Shown here one piece after another: positions 17,724 through 19,078 of a DNA stretch of 19,078 nucleotides. This DNA comes from Chthonomonadales bacterium. GTDB lineage: Bacteria > Armatimonadota > Chthonomonadetes > Chthonomonadales > Chthonomonadaceae. A program made the position numbers and the translations under genes. The notes beneath the pieces were generated by a model that made no database searches, had not been told where the DNA came from, and was given only the letters and a program-made list of their open reading frames with translations. Where the stretch lies: the NCBI GenBank assembly GCA_038217285.1, contig JBBQPO010000100.1, forward strand, positions 1 to 19,078. The letters are read 5' to 3'. The number at the start of each line of letters is the position of its first letter. Position 1 is the first letter of the stretch.

Positions 17724-17732
17724 CTGATCCAG

Positions 17733-18080
17733 TCAAGGGAACTTACCGCCCGTCTGCGCGAGGTAGTCACGCACTCGCTGTTCGATCTCCTCGGAGTGAC
17801 GGGCAAGGGCATCCCGCTCACTCTGCATCTCTTCCAGGCGTCGCAGCAGATCGAGTATCACCTCGACGCCAGCGAGATTGACGCCCATCTCCTGCGTGAA
17901 ACGGCGGATCTGGCGCAGACGTTCCACATCGGATTCGGAGTAGAGTCGATTCTTGTTTTTGCGTTGCGGCGTCACCAGACCCAGTTTTTCATAAAGCCGA
18001 ATCGTCTGTGCGTGCATCTGGGTGAGGTTCACCACAATGCCGATCATATAGACTGGTTCGCTCTTATCGTGCGCGGACAT
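17733..18080 (-). CDS. hspR: HspR-like MerR-family heat-shock transcriptional regulator
   Basis: PVYMIG...MHAQTIRLYEKLGLVTP...RLYS..DVERLRQIRRFTQEMGVNLAGV. It lies directly downstream of dnaJ. A GAGGAG RBS supports the start at 18080. Confidence 0.88.
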   Translation of the reverse strand: MSAHDKSEPVYMIGIVVNLTQMHAQTIRLYEKLGLVTPQRKNKNRLYSESDVERLRQIRRFTQEMGVNLAGVEVILDLLRRLEEMQSERDALARHSEEIEQRVRDYLAQTGGKFP

Positions 18081-18155
18081 GAGTCTCACTCCTCTCGCTC
18101 CAACACCATCCGTGTACCAAAAACAGGTTCGCATCCTGACCCGCAGAGGAGCGCG

Positions 18156-19078
18156 TTACTTTGCGGCCTTAATCGGGTCGTTGCGCAGCGCCGCCAACTG
18201 TTCCAGTAGACTGCGCTCCTGGTCGGTCAGATCACGCGGGACCGTGATCTTGATGCGCGCAAAGGCATCGCCCAATTTTCGCTCCTGCAGCGCTGGCATA
18301 CCCTGTCCGGTCAGACGCATCTTCTGTCCGCTTTGAAGGCCCTTGGGCACTACCAACTCGCGGTTCTGCCCCGTTACTGTCGTCACGGTCGCCTCCCCGC
18401 CCAGCGCCGCGACCGTGTAAGGGAGGGACAGGTCGAAATAGAGATCCTGTCCGTCGCGCTCGAAACGGGCATTCGGTAGAATATGGAGGCGCACGAACAG
18501 GTCACCGCGCCGCCCTCTTGCATCGGTTGGACCCTGCCCGGAGAGCTTCAAGCGCAGGCCGTCCCAGGCCCCCGCCGGAATGGTCACCTGCCCGGAACGC
18601 GGCATCTCCGTGCGACCCCGGCCCCGGCAGCGCGGACAGGCGTTGCCCTTTCCAAGGTCGAAGCGGCCCTGGCTGTTGCGTTTCTGTCCGGTGCCACCGC
18701 ATTCGGTGCAGACATCCTCAACGGTGACATTCACCGACTTCGACGCGCCTTTGAACGCCTCTTCCAGCGTGATATCCAGGCTGAATTCGATGTCCTCGGC
18801 AGGTCCACCCGGACGCGGAGGCGCGAATCCGGATCGGCCCGCATTCTGCCCGAAAATCTCCTCGATAAAGTCCTGAAACCCGCGTCCATCCCCCCCCATA
18901 TCGACGTTCACGAAGGGACTGCCGGGCGATCCCGGCGCTGGCCCGCCTGGGCGCGGACCTCCGCCGCCCGCCTGCATCTGCTCCCAGTTCGCCCCGAACT
19001 GGTCGTACTTCTTGCGTTTGTCCAAGTCGGAAAGCACATCGTAGGCCGTCTGCATCTCCTTGAACTGCTCTTCGGCCT
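18156..19078 (-). CDS. dnaJ: DnaJ-family co-chaperone, 5' end truncated by the window edge
   Basis: End of the J domain (AEEQFKEMQTAYDVLSD..KRKKYD), G/F-rich region, two CxxCxGxG motifs and the DnaJ C-terminal domain (ITLEEAFKG, IPAG, GDLFV, GQGMP, GD). It may be a paralogue rather than the main DnaJ. Confidence 0.9.
   Translation of the reverse strand, partial: AEEQFKEMQTAYDVLSDLDKRKKYDQFGANWEQMQAGGGGPRPGGPAPGSPGSPFVNVDMGGDGRGFQDFIEEIFGQNAGRSGFAPPRPGGPAEDIEFSLDITLEEAFKGASKSVNVTVEDVCTECGGTGQKRNSQGRFDLGKGNACPRCRGRGRTEMPRSGQVTIPAGAWDGLRLKLSGQGPTDARGRRGDLFVRLHILPNARFERDGQDLYFDLSLPYTVAALGGEATVTTVTGQNRELVVPKGLQSGQKMRLTGQGMPALQERKLGDAFARIKITVPRDLTDQERSLLEQLAALRNDPIKAAK

Noticed and set aside
17733..19078. 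HAIR operator (CTTGAGT-N7-ACTCAAG) for HspR
   Set aside because: Not seen in the window. The operon promoter lies beyond the right edge.

Overview
GC-rich bacterial chromosomal window. An Armatimonadota-like origin is inferred from the style of the PEP-CTERM tail and an 'ELLR'-repeat protein tail, and is not verified. From left to right: the probable end and first 15 codons of an IS transposase (ISKra4-like, minus strand); a minus-strand pair encoding a pseudo-receiver/AraC regulator and a STAS-like/winged-helix protein; a YqjM/NamA-type flavin oxidoreductase whose natural start position is ATA; comEA; a beta-lactamase-family serine hydrolase; a 2-TM hypothetical protein; a SIMPL (DUF541) protein; a PEP-CTERM protein; a large TPR/FG-GAP/ASPIC-UnbV lipoprotein followed by a Nudix hydrolase; ThuA-like and SAM O-methyltransferase genes; an RND permease with no adjacent partner genes; and the 3' part of a dnaJ-hspR operon with an unannotated 58-aa proline-rich ORF. 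No complete novel multi-gene system can be demonstrated from sequence alone. The most interesting signals are regulatory: a recurring SigH-like promoter motif in front of four genes including comEA, tandem ECF41-like promoters before the SIMPL gene, the ATA start codon, the pseudo-receiver AraC plus STAS-wHTH pair, and palindromic repeats translated into the Nudix C-terminus.
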